Below, in pieces: positions 9,088 through 20,188 of a stretch of 64,000 bases of DNA. Numbering within the stretch: the stretch's first letter is position 1; every line of letters begins with the position of its first letter. The notes under the pieces are model-generated. The model was not told the origin of the DNA and ran no database searches. It worked only from the letters and a program-made list of their open reading frames with translations. The translations under genes and the position numbers were made by a program. The stretch comes from Alphaproteobacteria bacterium (GTDB lineage: Bacteria; Pseudomonadota; Alphaproteobacteria; JAAXGF01), in NCBI GenBank assembly GCA_963555825.3, contig CAUVXB020000001.1, forward strand, positions 2,112,001-2,176,000, written 5' to 3'.

Positions 9088-11598
9088 TCAGCCGAACGGT
9101 TTCCACAGTAAAATCAGCTTTGGCAGCACTGTGAGCGCTGCCAAAAGGGCGATGAACATTGCCGACGCGATTAACACACCAAAATAAATAGTCGGGATGA
9201 AGTTGGAAAACACCAAGATGGAGAAACCGAAGATGATGGTCATGGTCGTGTAGAATACCGCCTTGCCGATATTGGAATGGCAAACATGCAGGGTCTCCAC
9301 ATAATCGTGAGTATGTGCGTACTCTTCTCTGAATCGGTAGATATAGTGAATACCATTGTCTACTGCGATACCGATGGTGATGGCGGCGATCGTGATGGTC
9401 ATCATGTCCATGGGGATTTTCGCCCATCCCATGACGCCCAAAACCACCCCGGCGCCGAGCAGGTTCGGCAGAATGCCGATAATCGACAAGATGATCGACC
9501 GGAACAACACCAGGAACATGATCGCAATACCCAGCATCACCACGCCGATGGTTTTGATCTGCGATTTGAACAAGCTCTGCAGCATATTGTTGTAGAGCAC
9601 GAGCAGCCCGCTCACGATCACGTCCCGCTCCTCGAATCCGAGCTTCTCCACCAGATCACGGCGCACTGTCTCCAGCAGCTCCTTGCGGCGTAGATCCGGT
9701 TTCGAATCCAACACACGCGCGAGGAGCCGCGCCTCGTTGTCATCGATGGAGAGATAGGGGTCGATGAGACTCTTTCTTATCTCGGGGGGAATTTTGGTAT
9801 ACAGGACGGCCAGCTCCAATGCGTCCAGCTCCTCTCCGGCCAGGTCTTCGGCAACCCGCACCGGCGAAGCGAGCGAGAGCACCTTGCCGATCTCGGGCAG
9901 TCCATCGAGGTAGTCGTGTACTTCCTTGATGCGCTGGATCTTGTAGGCGGTAAACCAATACTCCGGCGAGTTGGCGTATGTTTGCGCGTACTCACGCTCC
10001 ATTTGCGCGAACTCAAGCTCCATTTGTATCTCTTCCTCGGTCAACCCTTCAAGGCCCTCGGGTTTCAGGAAATCGTCAGAGTCGTCCCCGAATTTAATCA
10101 GTATTTCCAGTGGCGTCGTGCCGCCGAGCTTCTCGTCGATGAGCTTGAGACCTTGATAAATTTCGGTGTCTTCGCTGAAGTAGTTGATGAAACTGTTCTC
10201 GACACGCAGCCGGGCGATTCCCGCTACACTCACGACGGTCAAAATCACCGCCAACACCAGGATCTTGTTGCCTTGGGTCTCGGTCAGACGGGCCAGATAT
10301 GCAGGTAAGAGAAACCGGTCACTGTCGAAGCTGGGTTTGGCTCCAGTTTTCCCGATCACCAACAGCAACGTGGGGAACAGTAGAAACGAGGTGACGAATG
10401 TCACCGCCAAACCGGCGCTCATCATCCAGCCGAAGTCGATGACCGGCTTGATTCCGCTCACGACCAGGGAGCTAAAACCGATGATGGTCGTTAGCGCGGT
10501 GTATAGACAGGGTTTCACCATCTTGTGCGTTGTGGTTCTGACCAGCGCCAACTGATCGTCACCTGGACGATCTCGATTGAGCTGCCGGTAACGCACGATC
10601 AAATGAATGTTCATCGAGATGGTGATGATCAGCATGAGGGCGAGAAAATTGGATGAGATGACGGTGACCTTCCAACCGATCAATCCCAGTACACCCACCA
10701 TGATTAATCCGGCGTAAAAACAGCTGAGCAGCGGCAGCACGATCCAGCGCAATTCCCGGAAGATGGCGGTGAGAACAATGATGAGAAACACCAGAACTCC
10801 ACCACCGAAGACGATCAGGTCGTTGCGCACGAATGTGACCATGTCGTCGGTAATCATCGGCACACCGCCGAGATATAAAACGCCATGCCGGCGGTACGGC
10901 TCGACGATGTCTCTGATGTGGGCAACGTCGAGGTGACGTTGCCTGCTTAACGCTTCATGAGCCTCATCGTATTCGGCGGTGATGCGTTCCAGGGTTTGCG
11001 TTTCTTCAACGGAGAGACCGGTATCTCGTCGTTTGGCACGCAGCTCGTCTCGAGATAGGAGCAAGCTGTTGTACTGCTGATCCTCGACCAGTCCCAAAAG
11101 TAAGGCGGTGGTTCGACGATCTACACTGACGATGAGCTCGCGGTAGATGGGGCTATTGAGCAACTCGTCTTTGGCTCTGTCCCGGTCGATACCGGGTTTC
11201 TCCAGGCTTGGTACATCGTTGATCATCTCCGTGAACGGCACGTCCGAGCTTTGTAATAGGGGGGCATCGAGTATTGTGAACACCGTGTCCACGCTGGTGA
11301 CTTTCTCGAGTTCTCCGCGGAGTTGCTTCAAAGACTCTAATGCTTCGTCCGAGAAGAGATCTTCGTCGGGGGTGTACGTCACAACGAGTAACTCGCTACT
11401 CGGATATCGCTGATGGATTTTCCTGAACACATTGAGGTCCACGTCGTCTTCCAGCAACAAGGAGTCGGCCGATGCGTCCAGCTTGAAATCTTTTGTGTGA
11501 TAACCGAAGAAAACCAGAATTGAGAGCAGCACGATCAGAACTGACTTGGGATTGCGGAGCACCAGAGTGTCATAGGCTTGCGCGGTACGAGACGTCAT
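9088..11598 (-). CDS. MMPL/RND-family transporter
   Basis: 836 aa, two repeats of TM + large loop + multiple TM; GIAVDNGIH and TTIIGFSSL motifs. Confidence 0.9.
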   Translation of the reverse strand: MTSRTAQAYDTLVLRNPKSVLIVLLSILVFFGYHTKDFKLDASADSLLLEDDVDLNVFRKIHQRYPSSELLVVTYTPDEDLFSDEALESLKQLRGELEKVTSVDTVFTILDAPLLQSSDVPFTEMINDVPSLEKPGIDRDRAKDELLNSPIYRELIVSVDRRTTALLLGLVEDQQYNSLLLSRDELRAKRRDTGLSVEETQTLERITAEYDEAHEALSRQRHLDVAHIRDIVEPYRRHGVLYLGGVPMITDDMVTFVRNDLIVFGGGVLVFLIIVLTAIFRELRWIVLPLLSCFYAGLIMVGVLGLIGWKVTVISSNFLALMLIITISMNIHLIVRYRQLNRDRPGDDQLALVRTTTHKMVKPCLYTALTTIIGFSSLVVSGIKPVIDFGWMMSAGLAVTFVTSFLLFPTLLLVIGKTGAKPSFDSDRFLLPAYLARLTETQGNKILVLAVILTVVSVAGIARLRVENSFINYFSEDTEIYQGLKLIDEKLGGTTPLEILIKFGDDSDDFLKPEGLEGLTEEEIQMELEFAQMEREYAQTYANSPEYWFTAYKIQRIKEVHDYLDGLPEIGKVLSLASPVRVAEDLAGEELDALELAVLYTKIPPEIRKSLIDPYLSIDDNEARLLARVLDSKPDLRRKELLETVRRDLVEKLGFEERDVIVSGLLVLYNNMLQSLFKSQIKTIGVVMLGIAIMFLVLFRSIILSIIGILPNLLGAGVVLGVMGWAKIPMDMMTITIAAITIGIAVDNGIHYIYRFREEYAHTHDYVETLHVCHSNIGKAVFYTTMTIIFGFSILVFSNFIPTIYFGVLIASAMFIALLAALTVLPKLILLWKPFG

Positions 11599-11862
11599 GG
11601 AGTTTCCTATTTGAGCAACGTCAATTCAGCCAGGGGACCAATGGCTCGGCCCGTGGTGTGAACAATTTTCCAGAGGGGTGAAGGTTATCGTCGGCCATCG
11701 GGGTCGGATCGCCGCCTGCCCGTCTGAACCGAGATTCCCCAGATGACATCGTAATCCGGGAAAATGGTACCACCGTTCCACCGCTATGGGAACTGCATCC
11801 CGTGGCGTCCAGCACCATGAAAGTCCGCCGTGGGTCCAGCCTGTGTGAGAACCAGACATCGG

Positions 11863-14432
11863 TGAGAACGGCAGAGCAATAATCCCCCACTGAAGCGGCC
11901 GGTCGATCCGGCTGCGGCGGACCAAAATGGGACCGCGTATAGCCTTCTGTCAGGGTTGCTCTGACTGGAAGGCGGGGGGGATGTATCGGGTGGAGTTGTA
12001 CGCACGGGTTCGGCGGGCGTGTCATGTCGAGGGGATGAGCACCCGCGAGGCCTCGCGGGTGTTTGGTGTAGACCGCAAGACGGTCCGTAAGATGCTGTCG
12101 TTCTCGGTGCCGCCAGGGTATCGCCGAAGCGCGCCGCCGAGGCGGCCAAAGCTGGGTCCGTTCACGGGAATCATCGATCGGATCTTGGAAGACGATCGGA
12201 CCAGCCACCGCAAGCAACGGCACACTGCGAAGCGCATCTTCGACCGCCTCCGGGACGAGTACGGTTTCACGGGCGGCTACACCATCGTGAAGGACTACGT
12301 TCGTGAGCAGGGGCTTCGGTCGCGTGAGGTGTTCGTGCCACTCTCCCATTCCCCCGGTCACGCCCAGGCGGACTTCGGCGAAGCGATGGCGGTGATCGGC
12401 GGCGCGTTACGGAAGATCCACTTCCTTGCCTTCGACCTTCCCCACAGTGATGGTTGCTTTGTTGCGGCCTATCCGGCGGAGACGACCGAAGCATTCTGCG
12501 ATGGCCACAACGCGGCGTTTGCCTTCTTCGGCGGCGTCCCCCGATCCATCCTGTACGACAACACCAAGCTGGCGGTTGCCCGGATCCTGGGCGATGGGAA
12601 GCGGCAGCGAACGCGCGTCTTCACGGAGCTTCAGTCCCACTATCTGTTCGAGGACAGGTTCGGCCGGCCGGGCAAGGGCAACGACAAGGGCAAGGTCGAG
12701 GGACTGGTCGGCTTCATCCGGCGGAACTTCCTGGTCCCCGTCCCGCGTGCCGAGAGCTTCGCGGCCCTCAACGATGCTCTCGCCGAACAGTGCCGCCGGC
12801 GCCAGGCGGCGCGGCTGCGGGGCCACAAGGAGACCATCGGCGAGCGTCTCGAGCGGGATCGTCAAGTTCTCTTGCCATTGCCGCCTGCTCCCTATGATGC
12901 CTGCGATAAGCGCCCTGGACGGGCGAGTTCGCTGTCGCTGGTGCGTTACCGCAGCAACGACTATTCCGTGCCCGTGGCCTACGGCCACCGTGAGGTGCTC
13001 ATCCGGGGCTACGTCGATGAGGTGGTGATCAGCTGCGGGGCCGAGGTGATCGCCCGGCACCGCCGGTCCTACGACAGCGAGGACCTGATCTTCGACCCGC
13101 TGCATTACCTGCCCTTGATCGAGCAGAAGATCGGCGCCCTCGACCAGGCCGCGCCATTGGCGGGCTGGGACCTGCCCGAGGCCTTCATCACTCTGCGGCG
13201 GCTCCTCGAAGCTCGTATGGGCAAGGCAGGCAAGCGCGAGTACGTCCAGGTGCTCCGTCTACTGGAGACCTTCCGGCTCGAGGAGGTCGAGGGTGCGGTC
13301 GGCGACGCCCTGCGGCTCGGCGCAATCGGCTTTGATGCGGTGAAGCACCTGGTACTGTGCCGCATCGAGCGGCGGCCGCCCAGGCTCAACCTCGACGTCT
13401 ATCCGTATCTGCCGCGCGCCCGGGTCGCGATGACGTCCGCCAAGTCGTACATGAGCCTGCTGTCGGGGCTCGGCGCATGACCGACACACCGCAAGTGCTG
13501 CTCGCCCACCACCTCAAGACGCTGAAGCTGCCGACCTTCCTGCGCGAGTACGACAAGATCGCCCGGCAGTGCGCCTCGGAAGGCGTCGATCACGTCCGCT
13601 ACCTGTTGAGACTCGCCGAGCTCGAGCTGATCGACCGCGAGCGCCGCATGGTCGAGCGGCGCATCAAGGCGGCGCGCTTCCCCGTGGTCAAGAGCCTCGA
13701 CAGCTTCGACTTCAAGGTCATCCCCTCGCTCAACAAGGCGCTGGTCCTGGAGCTGGCCCGCTGCGAGTACATCGAGCGCCGCGAGAACCTCATCGCGCTC
13801 GGCAACAGTGGGACCGGCAAGACCCACATCGCCCTCGGTCTCGGCCTGGCGGCCTGCCAGAAGGGCCTCTCGGTCGGCTTCATCACCGCCGCCGCGCTGG
13901 TCCACGAACTCATCGAGGCCCGCGATGACAAGCAGCTGCTGAGGTTCCAGAAGAAGCTCGCCACCTACAAGCTTCTGATCGTCGACGAACTCGGCTTCGT
14001 GCCGCTGTCGAAGACCGGCGCCGAGCTGTTGTTCGAGGTGTTCAGCCAACGCTACGAGCGGGGCTCGACCCTGGTCACCACCAATCTGCCCTTCGACGAA
14101 TGGACCGAGGTGTTCGGCTCCGAGCGCCTCACCGGCGCGCTCCTCGATCGCCTCACCCACCACGTCAACATCCTCGAGATGAACGGTGACAGCTACAGGC
14201 TCAACCAGAGCCGCAGGCGTCAAACCCCGACTGCTAACTGAACCGACCACCCAGCCCACGCTTGACCCCGTGGGCCCACAGGTCCCTCCCGCGCGCGCCG
14301 CCGCGTCAGCCTGTTGAGGGCACGCCGCGTCGCGCGCGGGGCCCTCCCGTGGACTACGGGGACAAGCCCGCAGCCGCCAAGCGGTCCCTTCTTACACCGC
14401 CGAGGTGGTCCCTTTTTGCTCCGCCATTGACA
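11863..14432 (+). mobile_element. IS21-family insertion sequence, copy 2 (istA 11981-13480, istB 13477-14241)
   Basis: Inverted copy of 1892-4461 with identical translated proteins. Confidence 0.95.
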
Positions 14433-14946
14433 CCGTAGGCCAAACCCGTGCCGGGAGAGGTGGCGGCACTCATCGCCGCGACCTCCGCCGCCCCAAAGGG
14501 CCGGACGTCTCCGTCTTGGCCTCCAGCAGTTCCACCTGCATGATCAACTCCCCGATCCGCTTCATGGCGATGTCCAGTTCCGCCTTCACCGGATCGCCCT
14601 TGCGTTCCTTGAGCGAGGCATCGATCCCGGCGATCGCCTTCTCACGCCACTGCTCGAGCCGGAAAATCTCCACGCCCAACTGCCGCGACAAAAGTTCCAC
14701 CGGCTCGCCACGCAAAAGCCGCAGGGCAACCTCACGCTTGCGCGTCACCGTCCACCGCTGGCCAAGTCCCAGCGGGCCTGCCGGCGAAACCTGGCCCGGG
14801 GAAAACGTGGACGAGCCAAGCTCGCCCTCGTTTACCACAGGCCCATCAACAGCAACTTTGTTCTCAAAATTGTCGGTCATGTTCCGGTCCTCCTTGGACA
14901 CTTCGATTAAGCCAATTCTGTGTCCAAGGAAATCGGGTCCGACTCA
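14433..14946 (-). mobile_element. Truncated IS3-family-like element (orfA 14470-14901; orfB cut by IS21)
   Basis: End TGAGTCGGACCCGATTTCCTTGGACAC; HTH plus leucine-zipper OrfA (RKREVALRLLRGE...KRIGEL); OrfB start MSAATSPGTG. Confidence 0.7.
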
Positions 14947-15310
14947 AATAGATCTCTCACCACTGGCCGCGCGTCTTGTGTTGAGGCGTCTGCGCGATGA
15001 TCGGGGACCGCTGTTCGATGACGTTGTCCACCGAGAAGATATCCCACGCCGCACAGACCTAGGCGAGCTTCCCAACTACCGTACACACAAGCACACGCTC
15101 TACGGCCGTCAAGAAGGGGTTTGTGGCGGCTGCCAAGTCATGTTCCCGTTCCGCAACATGACCGTCGATCACGTCGTGCCGCAATCCAAAGGCGGCAGTG
15201 ATCACCTGGATAACCTGCAACTGCTCTGCGCCGCCTGCAATTCCATGAAGGGCGCACGGTCTCAGGATGAGTTTATCGCAAAGCTGAAAGCGGAGGGATT
15301 GAGACAATGA
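14947..15310 (+). pseudogene. 3' remnant of an HNH endonuclease protein (probably a DNA methyltransferase-HNH fusion)
   Basis: CGGC...VDHVVPQSKGGSDHLDNLQLLCAACNSMKG HNH motif, preceded by IDLSPLAA (resembles an N4/N6 MTase C-terminus); 5' end replaced by IS. Confidence 0.75.
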
Positions 15311-15480
15311 GCGAAGACGATAAAAAATCTGCGCCACGCGGCCGACCAGTAAAGAACATCATGCCGGAGCCGATCCCCGACACGGCGGAGAACATCGCGC
15401 GGGCGATCATGCGAGGCCCACCCAAGAAAGAATGGGATTACATGAAGGCGGCGGAGGCACGAGATTCAAAGGAGGGATAA
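15307..15480 (+). CDS. Small hypothetical protein (57 aa)
   Basis: ATGA overlap with the HNH stop; MSEDDKKSAPRGRPVKNIMPEPIPDTAENIARAIMRGPPKKEWDYMKAAEARDSKEG. Confidence 0.65.
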   Translation: MSEDDKKSAPRGRPVKNIMPEPIPDTAENIARAIMRGPPKKEWDYMKAAEARDSKEG

Positions 15481-15513
15481 TTCGGCCTATGGGTAAACAC
15501 GTATATAAATCCC

Positions 15514-17505
15514 ATTCCTTAACCATTGCATGGCGGACCATGATGAGTTTCGTTGACCCTTAAAGTGCGCCCCGTTGTCCAGACCATTATGCGGCCTGTT
15601 TAAGATAATTTTTGTCTCCTGATTGCTGTTGTTGCGCCTGTGGGGATGTGGGTAAGCCGTCAGGCTTATCCATCATATCCACGGGCCGGTGGCCGCCTTC
15701 GAAATAAACCTCGTCGGGCGTATTGTAATCCAGCGACTGGTGCGGTCTCTGGCTGTTGTAGAAGTCGATGTAGGCGCCGATGCAGCGCCGCGCCTCGGGC
15801 AGGCTCTCATAGACCCGGAGATAGACTTCCTCGTATTTGATCGAGCGCCAGAAGCGCTCAATGAAGATGTTGTCCAGGCAACGCCCTTTGCCGTCCATGG
15901 AAACCCGAATGCCGCAGTCCTCCAGCGCCGATACCCAGTCCTTGGCCGTGAACTGCGCCCCCTGGTCCGAGTTGACGATGTCCGCAACCCCTTGGGCAAG
16001 CGCATCCTCCAGCGCCTCGAGACAGAACGTCCGGCTCATCGAGTTGGACAGGCGCCAGCCCATGATCCGGCGGCTGTAAACATCGATCAGCGCCACCAAA
16101 TAAGCGAAGCCCACCGGCAACTTGATGTAAGTGATGTCCACCTGCCAGACCTGACCGGGGCGGACAATGTCCAGATCCTGCAGAAGATAAGGATGGACAA
16201 CGTGGTCCCGCCCCGGGCGGCTGGTCTTGGGCGTGGCGTACAACGCCGCGATCCCCATCGCCTTCATCAGGCGGCGCACCCGCTTGTGGTTGACGACATG
16301 GCCGGCGCGGCGCAAGACCTCGGCGATCTTGCGGTAGCCGTAGAACGGACGGGCCTCCCAGATGTCCCGGATGCGGTTCATCATGTCGACCTCGTCATCC
16401 GTCCCGGAACGCCGCCGGTAGTACACCGTGCTGCGGTTGATATCCAAAAGGGCGCATTGGCGGCGCAGGCTCAAGTCGCCACCTTCGCGCCGGAGAAGTG
16501 CTTTTCTTTTGTCACGGCTCAGCTCTCCAATGCTTTTTTTAAGAAGTCGCGCTCCATCGTCAACTCGCCGATCTTCTCATGCAACTTGGCGATGGTCCGC
16601 TCATCCGCCGTCCCCGACCGGCGGCGCTTGTCGGCGAAAAGGCTCTTGCCCCCACATTCCAACTGGTCACGCCACTTCTGGATCGCGCCAACCGAAACCG
16701 CATACTCCCGGCTCAGCTCCCCAAGCGTCCGGTCTCCCTTCAACGCCGCCAGCGCCACCTTGAATTTGAAACCTTCGCCATGCGTCTTGCGAACCCTCGT
16801 CATCCTTCAATCCTTCCCCGAAAGAAGGAGACAGACTTATCTTAAACCGTGGTCCGAAAAACGGGGCGCAGCATACCTTTCGAGAAACTCACGACTCCTG
16901 AGGAGATGCGGACACCTGAGTTGCCCAAGACCTTTATCAGTTTTGAAATCGCCGGCATCGACGCAGAGAATACTCCATTGCCTATCCTTTCCAAAGCAAC
17001 TGGCTTTGCAGAGGAAGCGTATGAAGCCGTGTGTCGGGTCTATCAAACTAAAGACGGTGATCACCTCGCCCTAGTTAAGATCGAAAGCGGATCTATCATC
17101 AGGATTGACTGCAAGGGCCTTGGTGAACCGATCAAGCACCTCAAAAATCTAATTCTGGAAGCGTGGCACAAACTGCGACACAAAAGAGCGGAACAGGTCT
17201 TGGAGAACAGCAAGGCCGTTCTCGGATCTCTTGCCGTCATCGAGCATATCGCCAAACGAGAGCGGGATGGATCGCTGTCCAGCGAGGAGGCCGAGCAGCT
17301 TCGGCGTAACATTGTCACCTCGGTTTGTGGACTGTTTGAGTGCGGCGCGCTCATTGCAGAGATACCGACACAGGAAACAGTGGAGAACACCAAGCTCCTC
17401 AGTGGGTTCTCGCCAAAGCTATTGATGCCTCCGAGTACTGACGGTAAAGCCGCGGCAAAGAAAACAACACCGAAGAAACGGTCATCAAAACGGCGTAAGA
17501 CCTGA
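15514..17505 (+). pseudogene. Lower-GC hypothetical gene interrupted by IS3; putative gene cassette
   Basis: Removing the IS3 and one CCT joins ...MMSFVDP to FEKLTTPEEM...; Lys-rich C-terminus; followed by an attC-like site. Confidence 0.65.
15561..16875 (-). mobile_element. IS3-family insertion sequence (orfA 16519-16803, orfB 15587-16474)
   Basis: IRs TAAAGTGCGCCCCGTT / AACGGGGCGCAGCATA; 3-bp duplication CCT; OrfB WQVDITY, NSDQGAQF, DNIFIERFWRSIKYE. Confidence 0.92.
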
Positions 17506-17507
17506 TG

Positions 17508-17567
17508 GCCCAACAACGCGCTGCACGGCGACGCGGTATACCGCGTGCGTGAACGCTGAAGTTCATC
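17508..17567 (+). other. attC-like integron recombination site (60 bp)
   Basis: GCCCAAC-AACGCGCTGCAC-GGCGAC-GCGGTATACCGC-GTGC-GTGAACGC-TGAA-GTT, starting 2 nt after a stop codon. Confidence 0.6.
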
Positions 17568-17693
17568 TTACGAGCCAGCACGATCTACAAGCAGATGCTC
17601 GCCGACTACGATCCGCCGCCGCTCGACGCGGCGATCGAGGAAGAGCTGACCGCCTACATGGCCAAGCGCAAGGAAGCCAACGCCGCGGCGTAG
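17568..17693 (+). pseudogene. C-terminal remnant of an MttB-family methyltransferase
   Basis: RASTIYKQMLADYDPPPLDAAIEEELTAYMAKRKE aligns with the C-terminus of the downstream gene (RANGIWKELLASYQQPPMDPAISEELDAFIARRK). Confidence 0.75.
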
Positions 17694-17803
17694 GCCGGCC
17701 ACGCGCGGCGAAGATTCCGCTTCGCAAGCGCGAAATTTCGGCGCTAGTGTGCGCTCAGAAGCGTCCATCCATCCGCGCACCTGCGCTGGTCTGGAGAGAT
17801 TCG

Positions 17804-19333
17804 ATGTCCGAACGATCTTCCCGCCGCCGCCGCGCGCGCCGTGTGCCCAGCGGCCCGCCGCAGCTCCCTTGGCGGCGCCTGAAGAACCCGTACAGGCCGA
17901 TCGAGGTGCTGAGCGCCGATCAGATCGAGACCATCCACGACGCCTCGCTCGGCGTGTTGGAAACCATCGGCGTCGATCTCTGGTGCCCGGAAGCGATGGA
18001 TATCTTCGCCGCCGCCGGCGCCGAGGTCGACCGGGCCGAGCGGCACGCGCGTTTCGACCGCGGCCTGATCGAGGAAGCCGTCGCCAAGGCGCCGCCTGAG
18101 TTCACGCTGACGCCGCGCAACCCAGAGCGCGCGATCGTGCTCGGTGGCAACAACATCAACTTCGGTCTGGTCGGCGGGCCGGCGAACGCGACCGACCTCG
18201 ACCGCGGCCGACGCTCGGGCGCCTATGAGGACACGCTCAACCTGATCCGCCTCGGCCAGTGCCTGAACGTGCTGCATCTGGTCGGCGCGGGCCCGGTGGC
18301 GCCGACCGACATGCCGGTGCCGACGCGCCACCTCGATACCTACAACGCCTGCCTGACGCTGACCGACAAGATTTTCAACTGCTCGGCGTTCGGCCACGAG
18401 CGCGTCACCGACGCGATCGACATGGTGGCCATCGCGCGTGGCATCGGCCGCGACGAGATCGCCAAGTCGCCGAGTGTCATCGGCGTCGTCAACTGCAACT
18501 CGCCGCTGCGCTACGACGACCCGATGCTCGAAGGCATCATCGCGTTGGCGCGCAACGGTCAGCCGGTGATCGTCACGCCGTTCACGCTGGCCGGCGCGAT
18601 GAGCCCGGTGACCATCGTCGGCGCGCTCGCCCAGCAGAACGCCGAGGCGTTGGTCGGCATCACGCTCTCGCAGCTGGTCAACCCCGGCGTGCCGGTGGTC
18701 TATGGCGGCTTCACCTCGAACGTCGATATGAAGTCCGGCGCGCCGGCCTTCGGCACGCCCGAATACGCCAAGGCGGTGCTCGCCGGCGGCCAGCTCGCGC
18801 GCCGCTACCGCCTGCCCTACCGCTCGTCGAACGTCAATGCGTCGAACACGGTCGACGCGCAAGCCGCGTATGAATCGCAGATGTCGCTGTGGTCGACGGT
18901 GATGGGCCACACCAACTACGTCATGCACGGCGCCGGCTGGCTCGAAGGCGGGCTGACCGCGTCGTATGAGAAGATGATCATCGACGCCGAGATGCTGCAG
19001 ATGATGGCCGAGTTCATGCAACCCTTGGAAGTCAGCGACGCGACATTGGGCCTCGAGGCGATGGCCGATGTCGGGCCGGGCGGACACTTCTTCGGCACCC
19101 AGCACACGCTCGACCGTTACGAGACCGCGTTCTACCAGCCGATGGTGTCGGACTGGCGCAACTTCGAGACCTGGGAGGAAGCCGGCTCTCTGACCGCGAC
19201 GCAGCGCGCCAACGGGATCTGGAAGGAGCTGCTGGCAAGCTACCAGCAGCCGCCGATGGATCCGGCGATTTCCGAGGAACTCGACGCCTTCATCGCCCGC
19301 CGCAAGGCCGAGATCAATGCCCAGGCGGCTTGA
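17804..19333 (+). CDS. Trimethylamine methyltransferase (MttB) family protein, non-pyrrolysine
   Basis: NSPLRYD, PFTLAGAMSPVT, DMKSGAPAFGTPE, HGAGWLEGGL, VGPGGHFFG; no in-frame amber codon. Confidence 0.92.
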   Translation: MSERSSRRRRARRVPSGPPQLPWRRLKNPYRPIEVLSADQIETIHDASLGVLETIGVDLWCPEAMDIFAAAGAEVDRAERHARFDRGLIEEAVAKAPPEFTLTPRNPERAIVLGGNNINFGLVGGPANATDLDRGRRSGAYEDTLNLIRLGQCLNVLHLVGAGPVAPTDMPVPTRHLDTYNACLTLTDKIFNCSAFGHERVTDAIDMVAIARGIGRDEIAKSPSVIGVVNCNSPLRYDDPMLEGIIALARNGQPVIVTPFTLAGAMSPVTIVGALAQQNAEALVGITLSQLVNPGVPVVYGGFTSNVDMKSGAPAFGTPEYAKAVLAGGQLARRYRLPYRSSNVNASNTVDAQAAYESQMSLWSTVMGHTNYVMHGAGWLEGGLTASYEKMIIDAEMLQMMAEFMQPLEVSDATLGLEAMADVGPGGHFFGTQHTLDRYETAFYQPMVSDWRNFETWEEAGSLTATQRANGIWKELLASYQQPPMDPAISEELDAFIARRKAEINAQAA

Positions 19334-19339
19334 GCCGCA

Positions 19340-19432
19340 TAGCCCGAACGATTGGGATCAGTCGGGCTAAACTAGCCCGCGCCAGTCTTGTTGGGACAAG
19401 AGGGGCTTATTGGGACACGCGGGGGCCGCCGC
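19340..19432 (-). repeat. Degenerate inverted member of the structured dispersed repeat family
   Basis: Reverse strand GGCGGCCC...CCCTCTTGTCCCAACAAGACTGGCGCGGGCT resembles 24930-24971; flanking TAGCCCGA...TCGGGCTA hairpin. Confidence 0.5.
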
Positions 19433-19597
19433 GCCCGCCGTCGAACCAAAAGCTGACCGGCGAGGCACGGTTTTGGCTTTCACAGCTTCGATGTCAGGTA
19501 ACGGACGGGAACCGGGGTTGAACCGGAAACGGACCTAGGGACACCGTATCCGTCCGACGAATTCCGCGTCGATGATTGATGGCGAATGATTCGGGTG

Positions 19598-20158
19598 TCA
19601 GCCCCGCAGCATCCGCCTCAGAGTATCGTCCCCGTCGATGAAGTGATGCTTGAGAGCGCCCGCGACATGGAGCGCGATCAGGGCCACGCCCGCATAGGCG
19701 AAGTAGTAGTGCACCGAAATTGCGACGTCGCGCAGCGGCACCGACTTGGGCAGGACGGCGGGGACCTCGAAGAGCCCGAAGATGGCAACGCCTGCGCCCG
19801 CCGAGGTCGAAATGATGTAACCGGTCACTGGCACGACCAGCATCAGTGCGTAAAGCAGATAGTGCGTGATCTTGGCCGCGATGACCTCCCACTGCTTGCG
19901 GGACTCGGTGATCCGCGTCCCGCGGCCGGCGATCTGCCAAGAAATCATGATCGAGGCCAGCAGCAGCACGACCATGCCCAGCGCCTTGTGGATCTCCAAG
20001 GTATCGTACGACCAAGGATCATAGTACTCCAGCCCGACCATGTACCAGCCAAGCGGGACCAAGGCGATGATCAGGACTGCGATGATCCAGTGCACGGCCC
20101 TCGAGATCAGTCCGTAGCGCCTTTCGGGATCGCGCGGCAAGACGATGTCTCCGGCCAC
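19598..20158 (-). CDS. Cytochrome b561 (YceJ-like)
   Basis: Four TM helices with His ligands HW, HKALG, HY, HVAGALKHH. Confidence 0.9.
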   Translation of the reverse strand: MAGDIVLPRDPERRYGLISRAVHWIIAVLIIALVPLGWYMVGLEYYDPWSYDTLEIHKALGMVVLLLASIMISWQIAGRGTRITESRKQWEVIAAKITHYLLYALMLVVPVTGYIISTSAGAGVAIFGLFEVPAVLPKSVPLRDVAISVHYYFAYAGVALIALHVAGALKHHFIDGDDTLRRMLRG

Positions 20159-20188
20159 AAGGGGCGCCTTGCGGCCCGCCCTGATGCG

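Noticed and set aside
14405-15310. 301-aa HNH ORF as a full gene
   Set aside because: Its first ~180 codons are antisense IS3 and IS21-end sequence. Only the part after 14946 is genuine.
17549-17803. N-terminal extension of MttB to 594 aa
   Set aside because: It runs through the attC-like site and an out-of-frame mttB remnant. The RBS-supported start is at 17804.
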